Made by a program: the position numbers and the translations under genes. The notes under the pieces were generated by a model that did not search any database, was not told the origin of the DNA, and saw only the letters and a program-made list of their open reading frames with translations. DNA of 63,125 nt, the filler included, from Stramenopiles sp. TOSAG23-3 (taxonomy: Eukaryota): the NCBI GenBank assembly GCA_900128585.1. It is 6 parts of 6 records of this genome, joined end to end, with 100 filler letters (N's around TTAATTAATTAA, not from the genome) between each part and the next. Parts side by side here need not be neighbours in the genome. Positions count along the whole stretch, not along the records: positions 27,253 to 54,372 come from LT642265.1; positions 54,473 to 56,562 come from LT645089.1; positions 56,663 to 58,750 come from LT645090.1; positions 58,851 to 60,938 come from LT645091.1; positions 61,039 to 63,125 come from LT645092.1; 1 more part is not named here. One strand, 5' to 3'. This document shows positions 51,995 to 63,125 of the stretch, piece by piece (position 1 is the first letter of the stretch; every line of letters starts with the position of its first letter).

Positions 51995-53581
51995 TTACGA
52001 AAACGTATACTGTGGACCCTCTTCGACTTTCGCTAAAAAGTCACCCCCGTACGCTCCCTGGCCAGTTGCTTCATTTGGGCAGTACACCTGTACGGTTCGT
52101 CGCCTTCGCTGCGGGCGCTGACATTTATAACTCGATATAAATTTGCCAAGGGCGTCGGCAAGTACCTGGTTCTGAGCTTCCGTTATGTGCACTCCATCAA
52201 CGGAATCATTCATGTCAATGGAGTTTTCAGGATAACAAACATTTGCAATCCCGTGCAGCCGGCACATTTTTCCGAACGCATACGGGAAGTAGTTTGCGAT
52301 TTGCACGCTCTTCTCGTTAAACCCCCAATCTTTGTTGTCCTCCGTTAGCCGGAACGGAGGCGGTGTCATGACGACGGCTCTCACCTTCGGAAAATATTTC
52401 TTGGCCTCGTAGGCCATTGCAACGACCGACAGTGCAATCTCTTCTGCACATTTTTCCGGGGGGTAATTGTTTATCAGGCGAGTGCTGAGCCCCGAGCTCG
52501 ACGCGTTTTGACTATGGTAACCGTCCCCACTGTCCGCCTGGTTGTGATAACCCCCCGCTTGGGCCGCTCGTCCACTGGTGCTGCTCCCGCTCATGTGGTC
52601 TGGGTGGTTACTATGTTTTGTTGCAGCCGCAAGCCGGCGCCTTTTATAAAATGTTTGAATTTGTTTCTGTAAGTCGTTGGTACCTAATAGTAAGACGAGC
52701 CAATGGGGCGTGTGGCACAGCATCGTTGGGATCAGGTGCCTTGCCCCATTGAAAAAATGTGGTCGCATCTTTGGAAGCCAGTCTTTGTTCGTATACTTCA
52801 AATCATCAAATTGTGTCGTGCGGCTGCACATTGCACTCTCCACTATGGTCAGCCCCTCTTCTTCCTGGAGCTGCTCGGCCAACAGACGAGGCCACGGAGT
52901 GTCGTATCTCCCCGCACGATCGTGGGCCATCCCATACGTGAGCGAGTCGCCATAGAACAATATTTCGGGAGGTCCATCGGGAGGCCCTTCGTCCTCGGAA
53001 TCGCTCTCGTCGTCATCTGAACTGCCCGCTGTCATGTCACCCGACTTGTTGGACCTTTTTGAGGCCCCATTGGTGTAGCCTCGTTTCCTTGCCGCCTTCT
53101 TTGTGCGCTGGTCGCTACTGCCAGCCTTCTCCTCTTCTACTGTTGGGTCTGTGTCCTCTTCGCTCTCCTCGCTGCTGCTGGAGCTGCTGCTGCTGCTTGC
53201 CAGGCCTTCGTACGGGTTCTTCAAAAGCCCCGGGACCCCAACACGGCGGGACGGGACGCCCCCCCCTTCGCCATTACGGGCAACGCTTTCTTCCTTCTCG
53301 GGCGCCGAGTCTATGCGGTGTGCGTCGCGCTTGCGTTTTCGCTTGTCGTTCGCTTCGCTTGCTTTTGCCTTCGGGCGTTGGGTTTGGTTCGTTTTGGCAT
53401 TTCCCTTCTTGTTTTTTGCCGGAGTCTTCTTCTTCTCGCCTATCTTTGGTGCCCTCGCCACGGCATACCCAAGCGGGGAGGAAACGGGCGATCCAGTGAT
53501 AACGAACTCGTCCACCGGGTATCGGGTGCTCGCCCGTTTTACCCGGGCCCGTTTTCTAGTTTTCCGCAGTGCGTGCGACAT
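51995..53581 (-). CDS. SGNH/GDSL hydrolase with a long basic/acidic N-terminal extension
   Basis: Block I GDSLTYG, block III LLLGTND, block V DGVH. Confidence 0.88.
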   Translation of the reverse strand: MSHALRKTRKRARVKRASTRYPVDEFVITGSPVSSPLGYAVARAPKIGEKKKTPAKNKKGNAKTNQTQRPKAKASEANDKRKRKRDAHRIDSAPEKEESVARNGEGGGVPSRRVGVPGLLKNPYEGLASSSSSSSSSEESEEDTDPTVEEEKAGSSDQRTKKAARKRGYTNGASKRSNKSGDMTAGSSDDDESDSEDEGPPDGPPEILFYGDSLTYGMAHDRAGRYDTPWPRLLAEQLQEEEGLTIVESAMCSRTTQFDDLKYTNKDWLPKMRPHFFNGARHLIPTMLCHTPHWLVLLLGTNDLQKQIQTFYKRRRLAAATKHSNHPDHMSGSSTSGRAAQAGGYHNQADSGDGYHSQNASSSGLSTRLINNYPPEKCAEEIALSVVAMAYEAKKYFPKVRAVVMTPPPFRLTEDNKDWGFNEKSVQIANYFPYAFGKMCRLHGIANVCYPENSIDMNDSVDGVHITEAQNQVLADALGKFISSYKCQRPQRRRRTVQVYCPNEATGQGAYGGDFLAKVEEGPQYTFS

Positions 53582-54752
53582 GCGGCAAACCTTATGTGGT
53601 TCACAGAGACAGGCTTAAGCGATTTTAGATCGACGCCTCTCTCGGTTGTGATGCTTGTAAGGAGAGTAATGAAAAATGCTGATGGTTTTAATCGTTTTCG
53701 GTTGTCCGTTGTTCTGTTGCTTTTCTTTGCAAAGAAGTAAATTGTGAATGGAGAAGAATTGAATTGAATTGATTTTTGTTGTTGCATCTTCTTCTACTAC
53801 TACTACTACTACTACTAATAATTATTTTTTATTACTCTTCTTCTTCTTCTCCTATTCTATCTTAATACTATATATACGGACTACGGTACTCTGTGTAAAT
53901 GAATTTTAAATAATTTTTTTTATTTTTTATTACTGTAGTATACTAGTCTATATACTATGTAGTATTATTATTATTTTACTTCTTCTTTTGGTGGTGGTGG
54001 TGGTGGGTGGTGTCTTTTAGTCTTTTTATTCCTCTTTCCTCCATTTTGGCCGACGGTCTTTGCTTATTTATCATCACCACCACTGTATTATATTAAAGTA
54101 TTTAATATCTATATAACAGCTACTACGAATAATAAACAACGATGAATAATAAAAATAGAAATAAATTTGAACTTTTTTAAAAAAGAAGAGAGAGAATTAA
54201 AATACATACAGACAATAGGGTGTAAAGACCAGACCGACTTAGCGTATAACTATAAATATGATCATAGACTAAATACAATGTACATATCGTGGATATAAAT
54301 AAAATAAAAAAGGAATTGAAATAGTCGATTATGGGCCATTTGATTGTGTTTTAACTTTATTCTGCAAGTTTTNNNNNNNNNNNNNNNNNNNNNNNNNNNN
54401 NNNNNNNNNNNNNNNNTTAATTAATTAANNNNNNNNNNNNNNNNNNNNNNNNNNNNNNNNNNNNNNNNNNNNGCTGGGGAGGGGCGGGGGCGGGGGAACA
54501 GGAAAAGAAGAAGAAGAGACACAACAACACGGAAGACGGAAGAAGAAAGATGTAAAAATATAATATACCGGTAGTATATACATACAGGAAGCCGAAAAAC
54601 TGTGACCGGAGGAGAGGAGGCGAGGTATAATATTTACTTGTACCTGTAATAGAAGAAAAAAATAATTTTAAAAAAAGAAGAAGAAAGAAGAATATGATTA
54701 ATAATAATTTTAAGAAATATTAATATTACTAAACTTTGTAACTGTCCTTTTA

Positions 54753-56562
54753 TCACTCGTCGACAGCTTCAAATAGGTAAAGGTACCCATGTTGAAATGG
54801 AGTTCTATTGCTCCAGCTGACTTTCCTATCGTTGTAAATGACCCACTTGCCAGTTTCTTCCGACTTGATATGGCAAACATAGTGTCCACTCCCTGTGTTT
54901 TTCCCAACATGGCTGATGAACCCCCTCAGTTTGTACTTGCCGGAACAGCTCGGGAGTTTCTCGTCCTCGCCACCCCCTGCAGAAGCGTTTGCGGCAGCCA
55001 CTTCTTCGGCGGCGATCAACCCTTCGACAGCGCCGGCGTTTTCGAAGAGCCACATTACTGCTACATCGCCGTTGTTGTTGTTCTTCTTTAGTGAAAACGC
55101 AGCCTGCTCTTGCGTAAACCCCATGCTGCATATTTGCGCGATCAGCGCCGGGTCTCCCCCTTCTCCCGAGGGTTGCGCCCCTTGCGCCGCGCTTGGATCC
55201 GGCAACGGATCGTTCAGGTCGGCATCTGCCATGTGCGTCATCACCCAATTTATCGCGGTCTCTGCACCACTGTTTTGCGTGGCAAGGGCCGCCCGCTTCG
55301 CGGCATTATCAGAAAACCCCATGCTAACAATCTGCGCAACGATGGTCGCGTCGGCCACGACAGGGTCCACGCTTGCCCCCGCAGCGCCGGTGCCCTGCTG
55401 CGAACTGTCCGGAAGCTCCTGCTCACCTGGTACCAAACCATTCCCCTTCAGCATTGACAAGTCAATGGACTCCGGAACGAACACCGTGTGCTCCAGCTTT
55501 TTCTGTTGCCACGAAGAGTCTAGAATGTAACGCTGGAATTGGACCCATAAGAATTTCGGGAAACGCGCTACCCTCATGGTCTTGCTCGCCTGGGCATTCC
55601 GAATGTCCACGGTGCTGACCGCTGCAAAATGGTCCACCACAGCCGAGAACGGCACATTGGGAAGCGTTGCCGCACTTTCTGCTTTAGCACCACTCTCGGT
55701 TTTCTGGCGCTTCTTCTCCTGCTCCTCGTCCACCAGCGCTTGGTTGTCTACCGCATCCAACGGAATGCCGAACGAGAGAACGTTCGCCGCCTGGGTCTGG
55801 TACGAAACTTTTCCTGCATGCTCGCCGGAGGTCATCTGTAGCCGATCTTCGACTTCAAAAGAGAACATTCTTGAGAGATCGTCTTCTTTCTTCCCAGTTT
55901 CACCCCTGTACGTTTCAAACCGCGAGAAAATGTGCTGCAGGAACTCGTTCGCATCCTGCTGCCGCGAGGATGAGAATTCGCTGTGGCCCTTTCCCAACAG
56001 GGACTTCAGCATCATCGGTGCCACGAAGATTTCCTCGGACTGCAACTTTTTTCTGAATGTCTCCGGGTCTTCTCCCTCTGGGACCTCCGCCTGGCTTCGC
56101 ACGGCCTCGCTTTCTTCGATGTAGTAGTCGGTGAGCAGGCCCGACGCCAACTTGCAAAATTGCACGTTGATGTCGTCCGAAGGCGAGACTTTTGCGTCAG
56201 CGCAGCGCTTCAGGGCAGCGTCCATCTTTTCTGGGCCCAAGAACGCAGCACGGAAGTCTGGAATGCTCATGAGCGTCTGGATCACGGAATTCATGTAACA
56301 GCTGTTTCCCAGGTTCTTCAACCCAACTCGCCCGGGCGCGAAGCAGTTCACGAGCGCTTCGCCGTCTTCGAGAATGGCCCCCCAGTTATGGTTCAAATTC
56401 AGCTCAATCTGCAATTCCGCCATCGACTTTTCGGTTTTTTCCATTTGCATGATGTTGATGCCCCAGTGCGCCAGGTGCTTTGCGAGGTCCGGGTCGGTGA
56501 CCATGTCGCTCTCGTCAGCGGCGTAACTGAACACGTCTGCGCCCTCGGGGGTAATCGTTCCC
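54753..56562 (-). CDS. USP5: Ubiquitin-specific protease USP5/USP13 (isopeptidase T), 5'-truncated by the contig end
   Basis: DP.LAKHLAHWGI...KTEKSMAEL, Cys box GLKNLGNSCYMNS, QQDANEF, two UBA domains (SMGF), His box SHVG.NTGSGHYVCHI. Confidence 0.93.
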
Positions 56563-56781
56563 NNNNNNNNNNNNNNNNNNNNNNNNNNNNNNNNNNNNNN
56601 NNNNNNTTAATTAATTAANNNNNNNNNNNNNNNNNNNNNNNNNNNNNNNNNNNNNNNNNNNNCCTCTTCCCAGAGGCATAGAGAGAACGGCAAAGAATTT
56701 ATTGAAAGTGTCTCGGACTGGAACGGGCAGCCCCTCAAGTCTGGTTCAAGCCTACCATCATTTTTTGAGAAAAAATCGCGG

Positions 56782-57744
56782 ATGAGCAATGGAACGTCGG
56801 CCATGTTGAAAGCCCAAAGCCAAGAAAATAAGCGCTTGAAAAAAGACATCGGAAAAGCGCTTCAAATGATGCGCATGCACCAGGACGACATGCTCAAAGT
56901 AAAGGGCACATTGCGCGACATGAGGCGAGATCTCGAAGACGTCAAGGTTAAAATGACGACACGAGCGCTTCGGGTGTTACAAAGGGGCATCCAAAACACG
57001 CTGGGGGTGGAGGATGCTTCACAAGGCACGGCGATGGATCATGCTGCAGGCAACGAGGTGTCCGTGCGTGTTGAAGGACTGGCGAGAGAAGTCGGGATAA
57101 TACGTCAGTCTTTGTTGCTTCTGGCCTCCCCGGAAGTGTCTCCTATTCTTTGCGCTTGCCACTCCGACCATGTCAGGCAATTGCAAGAGCTAGACAGGCT
57201 TCGGGGACAAACGAACTCTTTAAAATTTGAATTAAAAAGGGAGCAAAAGTTGAGGCGGCACCAAGCGATCCAGAACTCCACGCCCGGGTCTGTTGTTGCT
57301 GCAGAGACACCCTTGTCGCTTTCGCGCGCAGGGTCCCCGACGTCTGCCCCTTTCGCACGGCAGGTCCACAGCAGGCTTAGCTCTGTGCGCTCCTTGCATT
57401 CCAGGGACGGTTTGTCGACTGCCGCATCATCAAAAAGAGACCATGTTCCGAGCAGCAGGGTGGCGACCCCCGCGACGCTTGCTGGTGGGGAGCGTGCGCT
57501 GGCAGGCGGGGAGCGAGAAAAAAGGCTCATTAGCGCTGTCCTTTCAGAAGGGAAACGGATCAACCCCGTTCCAATGATAGGGGCATTGAAGTCCTCGCCT
57601 CGTTTAAACTTTACAACCTCAAAGTTCGCCATAAGTGAAGTCTTTCCGTTTATAAACATACCGGTACCCAGAAAACGGAAGATGGATGCCACCAACGGGT
57701 CGGGCACCGGGCGTGACTCTCACCTGGTGGAAGAAGTGGCCTAA
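56782..57744 (+). CDS. Hypothetical coiled-coil protein, probably 5'-truncated at the contig start
   Basis: Coding-like ORF of 320 aa beginning close to the linker. Confidence 0.55.
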   Translation: MSNGTSAMLKAQSQENKRLKKDIGKALQMMRMHQDDMLKVKGTLRDMRRDLEDVKVKMTTRALRVLQRGIQNTLGVEDASQGTAMDHAAGNEVSVRVEGLAREVGIIRQSLLLLASPEVSPILCACHSDHVRQLQELDRLRGQTNSLKFELKREQKLRRHQAIQNSTPGSVVAAETPLSLSRAGSPTSAPFARQVHSRLSSVRSLHSRDGLSTAASSKRDHVPSSRVATPATLAGGERALAGGEREKRLISAVLSEGKRINPVPMIGALKSSPRLNFTTSKFAISEVFPFINIPVPRKRKMDATNGSGTGRDSHLVEEVA

Positions 57745-57943
57745 TGAGTGGAGAGTAAACTAACACTTTAAAATTATTTCTCACGGTACCTTTGTAAAAA
57801 AATGAATTTCATACTCGAAGTTTACGTAGTTTTCGTTCCCTACTTTAAAAAAATAAAATCTAAAGACGTACGCGTAGTGCCCGCACCCCCCCCACTCTGG
57901 TGATGACATTATTTTAAAATGCTATTTCTGACAAACCTTACTA

Positions 57944-58621
57944 CTACACGGTAGTGACATTTTTGCGTAACTTTCCGATGTAGTCTCGAGTGTCATAGTC
58001 CATAGGGTTCCGTTCACGTTGTTCTCTGCTATGATCTTGCGATTTTCGTGTGCTCCTTGGCCTTGATACGCCGGAACTACCACCCAATTTGCGGGGTTTT
58101 GAACCAGGTGTGTTCCCGTCTTTATCTTTAATACTATTGCAATAAACCGCAGCCTGTATTTCAGGGATTTTATGTATAGTCATCATGTGCCTCTTCAGGT
58201 TGTGCTTGTACGCAAACGAATCGTCGCACACTCTACAGACAAACACAAAGGAATAGTTCTTCATGTCACGATTAATCATCGGCGGCACCCACTCTAAAAT
58301 CTGCTCCTCCGAAATTTGCGGGTGCGTCTGGCGAATATGCCTCTTCACGTTGTCCCGATTAGAATACACACCGTTGCAGACGGGGCAGGGCATTTTTATT
58401 TTAGTCGTCTTTTTTGTATTTGTAACAAACGGAGGGCCACTGCCTTCCTGGGGGCTGTCATAGTCCACCCGCTTCCTTTTTTTTGGAGGGACACTAAGCT
58501 CTCCCGTTGTCCCACCAGACACTTTCGAAGAGTCCGAATCTCTAGCCGCGTCGTCGCCAGACTGGTATCCCACCTTCGAGGTAGTATCTTTCCCCCCTGA
58601 AGTGGACTGCACATCAGTCAT
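57944..58621 (-). CDS. C2H2 zinc-finger protein (two fingers)
   Basis: CPVC...YSNRDNVKRHIRQTH and CRVC..SFAYKHNLKRHMMTIH. Confidence 0.85.
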   Translation of the reverse strand: MTDVQSTSGGKDTTSKVGYQSGDDAARDSDSSKVSGGTTGELSVPPKKRKRVDYDSPQEGSGPPFVTNTKKTTKIKMPCPVCNGVYSNRDNVKRHIRQTHPQISEEQILEWVPPMINRDMKNYSFVFVCRVCDDSFAYKHNLKRHMMTIHKIPEIQAAVYCNSIKDKDGNTPGSKPRKLGGSSGVSRPRSTRKSQDHSREQRERNPMDYDTRDYIGKLRKNVTTV

Positions 58622-59304
58622 ATCTACTAAACTTCTTCCACTACTATAAATCTGTTTTGTTTTTACTCGTTAGAGGTGTGTCAAGTGTTCTAGGGAATCC
58701 ACTCAGTTGCTTTCTGAACACAGTGTCTATCTCTCTAGCACTCTTTTCTTNNNNNNNNNNNNNNNNNNNNNNNNNNNNNNNNNNNNNNNNNNNNTTAATT
58801 AATTAANNNNNNNNNNNNNNNNNNNNNNNNNNNNNNNNNNNNNNNNNNNNACATGACATTATTAGAAAAAGAAGAGAAGAAGGAGGGAGGATGAGAGAGA
58901 GGAGAGAGGAGTATTTCTTTTATATAACCGGGAGGAAAGAGAGATGATAACGTTTAAGCGTGCTCGTTAAAAAGCCTGATATCATATCATAAAATAAAAA
59001 ATATACGCGAGCGTTTGTTAATAATAATATTACACAAAATTGGCTGTTGTTAACAAAACAAATTATATCATATATAGTATGTTTTAAAAATACCTATATA
59101 TAAAATAAAATTGTTAAAGCACACAGTTTTAAAATTAAAAGCTAAGAAAGAGAAATTTTTTGCAACAACGAGCGGAAAAGTATTTTCCGGTTCCGCGTGA
59201 TTCAATATTAAACTCTCTGTGCGTCTCAAAATCTTTTTTTACACTTTGCACACCCGCATTTGTTTTTGAGGATTCTAAACAGAGTGACTCTCGCACCACG
59301 CCCT

Positions 59305-60627
59305 TTAGATTGCGGCCACAGCTTTGGCGGCCGCATCATCCAAATCTACGGCGCTCACAAGTCCTGGGATCGCGGCCTCGTCGATGATCGCTTTTGCAAT
59401 GTCAGAGTTGGTGCCTTCTAGCCGCACAATCAATGGAATGCTAAGGCCGACGTTTTTGTAGGCATTAACGATTCCGGTGGCAACCGTGTCGCATCGTACG
59501 ATGCCGCCGAAAATGTTGATGAGCAAAGCCTTTACGTTGCTATCACTGTTTACAATTTCAAACGCATCGGCAACTTGTTTCTCATTCACACCTCCCCCAA
59601 GATCGCAAAAATTTGCTGGCTCACCGCCGTTCAGTTTAATAATGTCCATCGTTGCCATGGCAAGGCCCGCGCCGTTCACCATGCAACCAATGTTTCCGTC
59701 CAGACCAATGTATTCGACACCAACCTCGTCCGCGCGTACGTCACGCTCGTCTTCCATGCTCGTGTCCCGCTGGGCGTAGATGTCTTTTTGGCGGTACTCG
59801 GCATTGTCATCGAAGCCTAGCTTGGCATCGACACAAAATACCTGGGATTCACCACCAGCATAGTGGGCTTCGGCGAATGGGTTAATCTCGACCTGGGTGG
59901 CGTCGCTCGCGATCATAAGGTCGTACAGGTTGCTCATTTGCTCCTGGGCGTCGGCCATGTTCTCTGGCGCGAACCCCAACGCTTTGGCAAGGCGCTCGGT
60001 CTGCTCTGGCTGGACGCCTAACTTGATATCGATGGCTTCGTTGACGATGGCGTCGGGATTGGTCTCCGCAACCTCTTCGATGTCCATGCCACCTTCACTG
60101 CTGGCCACCATGACGGGCCCGTTAAAGGCTCGGTCCATCAAAATAGCAAAGTACTTTTCGCTGGTGATAGACAGGCCTTCGTTCACAAGGACCATGTTGC
60201 AGGGTTGGCCAGCATCCCCGGTTTGCTTTGTCACCAGAGTGTTCCCAAGCATTTTCCCCGTGAAGTCCTTAACCTCTTCCGGTTCGGTCAATATTTGTAC
60301 ACCGCCCTTCATGCCGTTTTCTTTGAAGTGCCCCTTGCCACGCCCCCCTGCGTGCACCTGCGCTTTCAATATAAGCTCAGCGTCTGGGTTGGACTTCTTT
60401 ATGCCTTCCGCAACGGCAAAGGCTTCCTCCGGCGTGCTGGCTTCTTGGCCACGCTGGGTACGGACATTGAATTTATCCATAAGGTTCTTGGACTGGTATT
60501 CATGAAGGTTCAATCGGCGAACTTGTTCACCGACGGCTTGGCCACCAAGGAAGGAAGCCCCTTGCAAGTTTGACCGGGCACCGACGGCCGTAACACGTCC
60601 AGCGGAGCGAGCGATAAAGTGAGCCAT
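59305..60627 (-). CDS. Mitochondrial succinyl-CoA ligase beta subunit (ADP or GDP specificity not determined)
   Basis: Presequence, then LNLHEYQSK, KAQVHAGGRGKG, EINPF, GNIGCMVNGAGLAMATMD, NIFGGIVRCD, VRLEGTN. Confidence 0.97.
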   Translation of the reverse strand: MAHFIARSAGRVTAVGARSNLQGASFLGGQAVGEQVRRLNLHEYQSKNLMDKFNVRTQRGQEASTPEEAFAVAEGIKKSNPDAELILKAQVHAGGRGKGHFKENGMKGGVQILTEPEEVKDFTGKMLGNTLVTKQTGDAGQPCNMVLVNEGLSITSEKYFAILMDRAFNGPVMVASSEGGMDIEEVAETNPDAIVNEAIDIKLGVQPEQTERLAKALGFAPENMADAQEQMSNLYDLMIASDATQVEINPFAEAHYAGGESQVFCVDAKLGFDDNAEYRQKDIYAQRDTSMEDERDVRADEVGVEYIGLDGNIGCMVNGAGLAMATMDIIKLNGGEPANFCDLGGGVNEKQVADAFEIVNSDSNVKALLINIFGGIVRCDTVATGIVNAYKNVGLSIPLIVRLEGTNSDIAKAIIDEAAIPGLVSAVDLDDAAAKAVAAI

Positions 60628-61633
60628 AGTATATAGGGTAGTATCTTTGCGGTTGGAAAATGAAACAAAATGGAAATGAATGTCTTTAAAATTCAGATAA
60701 TATTAAATATTTGTTGAACACAAATTAATTCGACGTCTCGTCCGCTTTCTATGTTTCCCTCTTTCTCTCTCTCTCTCTCTATCTTACTCTTCCCTTCTAT
60801 CAAACGCAACACATACGCACATGCTTTTAAAACCCCTTCCTTCTTCTTCTATAATATCTATATAATAATAAAATATAAAAAAAAATATAATAAAATTATT
60901 ATATATTGGTATGTTACTGTAGTAGAAGAAGAGAGAAGNNNNNNNNNNNNNNNNNNNNNNNNNNNNNNNNNNNNNNNNNNNNTTAATTAATTAANNNNNN
61001 NNNNNNNNNNNNNNNNNNNNNNNNNNNNNNNNNNNNNNTCTGAGAATGATAGTTAAGTTCGCAGTTCATGAAGGAATGCAAACCTAGAATGTCTAAATCT
61101 AGATTTCAGTTCGCAGTTACATTAATTTTAATTACTTAAAAATAACAGCCAATTTTCTTGTTTTAATTACTTAAATAACAGCCAATTTTCTTGTTATTTT
61201 TATAGAAATTATATATGATAGTATAACCTCTTAAAAAATTCTCAATTCATACTTCCTTGCAATGTATTCACCGAATCGCCTTTAACTAACCCCTTACTTG
61301 AACGTCCTTCCTTACGCCACTTAAACTTAAAGAAAACAACACAAAATATATTGAAGAGTGTACAAAAACAAACAAAAACTAATGAAAAAAAACACTTAAA
61401 TAACAGCCAATTTTCTTGTTTTTAATAAAAACAAATTATATAGTATGTTTTAAGACTCTCATTTTAAATCAATTACTACTGATGATATTGAAGAGTGTAC
61501 ACATATATATGTGACATATATAATAAAAGTTAAAATACAATATGGACAGGTGTAAAACACACTAGAAATTTTTTTCGTGCTTCCCCTCCTAATTGAATGC
61601 GGGTGTGTGCTCTGACCCGAAAAATCTCGCGCT

Positions 61634-62275
61634 TTATGCCGGGCTGACCCGAGTGGGGCCTCCACCTCCAAACATTTGAAACCTTAGTTTCGGATCAATA
61701 TTTTCTTTGCTTCCAGCTTCGAACTGCACGATTACCCCTCCCAACATCAGCAACAAGCCAAACATTTGTCCGACAAAACCAACTCCAATGGCAGCAATAT
61801 CCCCTTTCTCTCCCGGGCTAAACATAGCCATCGACAAAATCCCAAATAGAAAGCCAAAGAACCCTAAGATTGATACTTTAGACTGAACTTTTTGGTCTTT
61901 GCGCGATGGTTTTTTTGCGGCTTTCAACGCAAATACCATGCATACCATGTCGATGACCATTGCCCAAAATATGCAGAATTTAATGAACGCGCAGAACGAT
62001 TCTTCTTGGTAAAAGCCTTCCTCATACCCGAACACTTTGATTTGATGCTCGCACAATTTGTTGTCCTTTACCTCCGAACACACATTGGTTTCACAGTCTG
62101 CGGGTTTTTCGCAGGCGTCTACTAGCTCATAGATTTTCCAATAGGGCAACGTCAATGACAGCAGCTGCCCAACCCATGAGAGTGCGTACAGATAGACGCA
62201 TTTTCCGGCCTCGTTATTTTTCCATTTAGGAAGGTACCGGGCTAGCTTTTCAAGGGCGGTTCTCTTCCTTGGCAT
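61634..62275 (-). CDS. Four-TM membrane protein (claudin/PMP22-like topology)
   Basis: TM1 ending SLTLPYW, Cys-rich extracellular loop, three more hydrophobic helices; 5' end uncertain. Confidence 0.55.
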   Translation of the reverse strand: MPRKRTALEKLARYLPKWKNNEAGKCVYLYALSWVGQLLSLTLPYWKIYELVDACEKPADCETNVCSEVKDNKLCEHQIKVFGYEEGFYQEESFCAFIKFCIFWAMVIDMVCMVFALKAAKKPSRKDQKVQSKVSILGFFGFLFGILSMAMFSPGEKGDIAAIGVGFVGQMFGLLLMLGGVIVQFEAGSKENIDPKLRFQMFGGGGPTRVSPA

Positions 62276-63125
62276 CTTCACGGAAATGTTACAGGGGGTA
62301 TTTTTTGTGCCCTAGGTGTCTGAATGGATTTTTCCAATGCTTGCTTGCTCGCAGTGTGGAGTCGAAGTAAGGCGTGTAAATTGCTCCAACTTTATGGAAT
62401 AGCACTGTGACAAAATTATGAAGAAAAGGAGAGCGGTCCTATGAATATGAAGGAGCAACGCAACTAACATGAGTGAGGTATTATACTTATGAAGAATAAC
62501 TTTAAAATATCAAAAAAAAAGGAGAAAACAAAACAAAGCAATTCTTCTTATTTATTTTTCTCTTCTTCTTCGTTCGTTTTCTTCTTCTTTATATTTTATT
62601 TTTATTATTATTGTTGTACCGTACTATTTATAGTCATCTAGTTAATATAATATTTAGTTGTTGTTGTTATTAGTTTGTTGATGAGATCGATAGAAAAAAT
62701 GACTATTTTTATTCAATATTAAAATAATCAATCACCGAAGTTCTATTTTGATTTTTGATGATGCTAACTAGACTAAAATATTTACTAAATATCAAAAGAG
62801 GTTTAACGAATTACTAATTGTCGTCAGCCTACTTAAATTTGTACTACCTGTAACAAAATCATGAGGAATTTTAATTAAGGTAAGTAATCGTCTCTCTCTC
62901 CTTCTTTTCGTTAGATTGCATATGTGTATCAATTCGTTATAATTATCGCTATTTTATAAAGCTATATAAAATTACTAAAAAAAATATTCTTTTTTCTTAG
63001 GAAATTATTAGTACTAATTAGTACGGGTAAGACTATGGTATTGCTTGTTTTTATTAGTATCCTTATTCCAATTTTTGACAGGAGTTTCAGAAAATTAAAT
63101 ACATCCCCCCCCCCCCCCCCCCCCC

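Noticed and set aside
27153-61038. Recurrent TTAATTAATTAA flanked by Ns, spaced about 2.19 kb apart near the end of the window
   Set aside because: Artificial contig linkers. The regular spacing reflects length-sorted contigs (2090, 2088, 2088, 2087 bp), so adjacency across them has no biological meaning.
63105-63125. Terminal poly-C run as a possible telomere
   Set aside because: A homopolymer at a contig end with no telomeric repeat unit, likely a sequencing or assembly artefact.

Overview
Eukaryotic, gene-dense and intron-poor protist-type DNA: coding regions near 50% GC are separated by very AT-rich spacers full of (CTT)n and (ATT)n microsatellites. The flagellar-type genes suggest a flagellate; a stramenopile is only my guess. 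The window is not contiguous. It joins six assembly contigs (about 1-27152, 27253-54372, 54473-56562, 56663-58750, 58851-60938, 61039-63125) with artificial N44-TTAATTAATTAA-N44 linkers. Recognisable genes: EF-1alpha, partial histone H4, CAF-1 large subunit with extra Tudor-knot and FYR domains, partial USP5/13, succinyl-CoA ligase beta, ArfGAP-like, TBC, FAM136A-like, S1 protease, FAD oxidoreductase, truncated globin, degenerate kinesin, SGNH hydrolase, LRR and C2H2 proteins. The main discovery is an apparently intact DNA transposon of about 7.7 kb (33439-41126). It has perfect 24-bp CAC...GTG terminal inverted repeats, a 3-bp TTA target-site duplication and inner inverted repeats of about 260 bp. 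It carries two convergent genes: a 1604-aa transposase with a RAG1/Transib-like DDE core and extra Zn-finger and Tudor-like modules, and an orphan partner of about 465 aa that is not RAG2-like. All protein-family calls come from motif recognition by eye, not from database searches.
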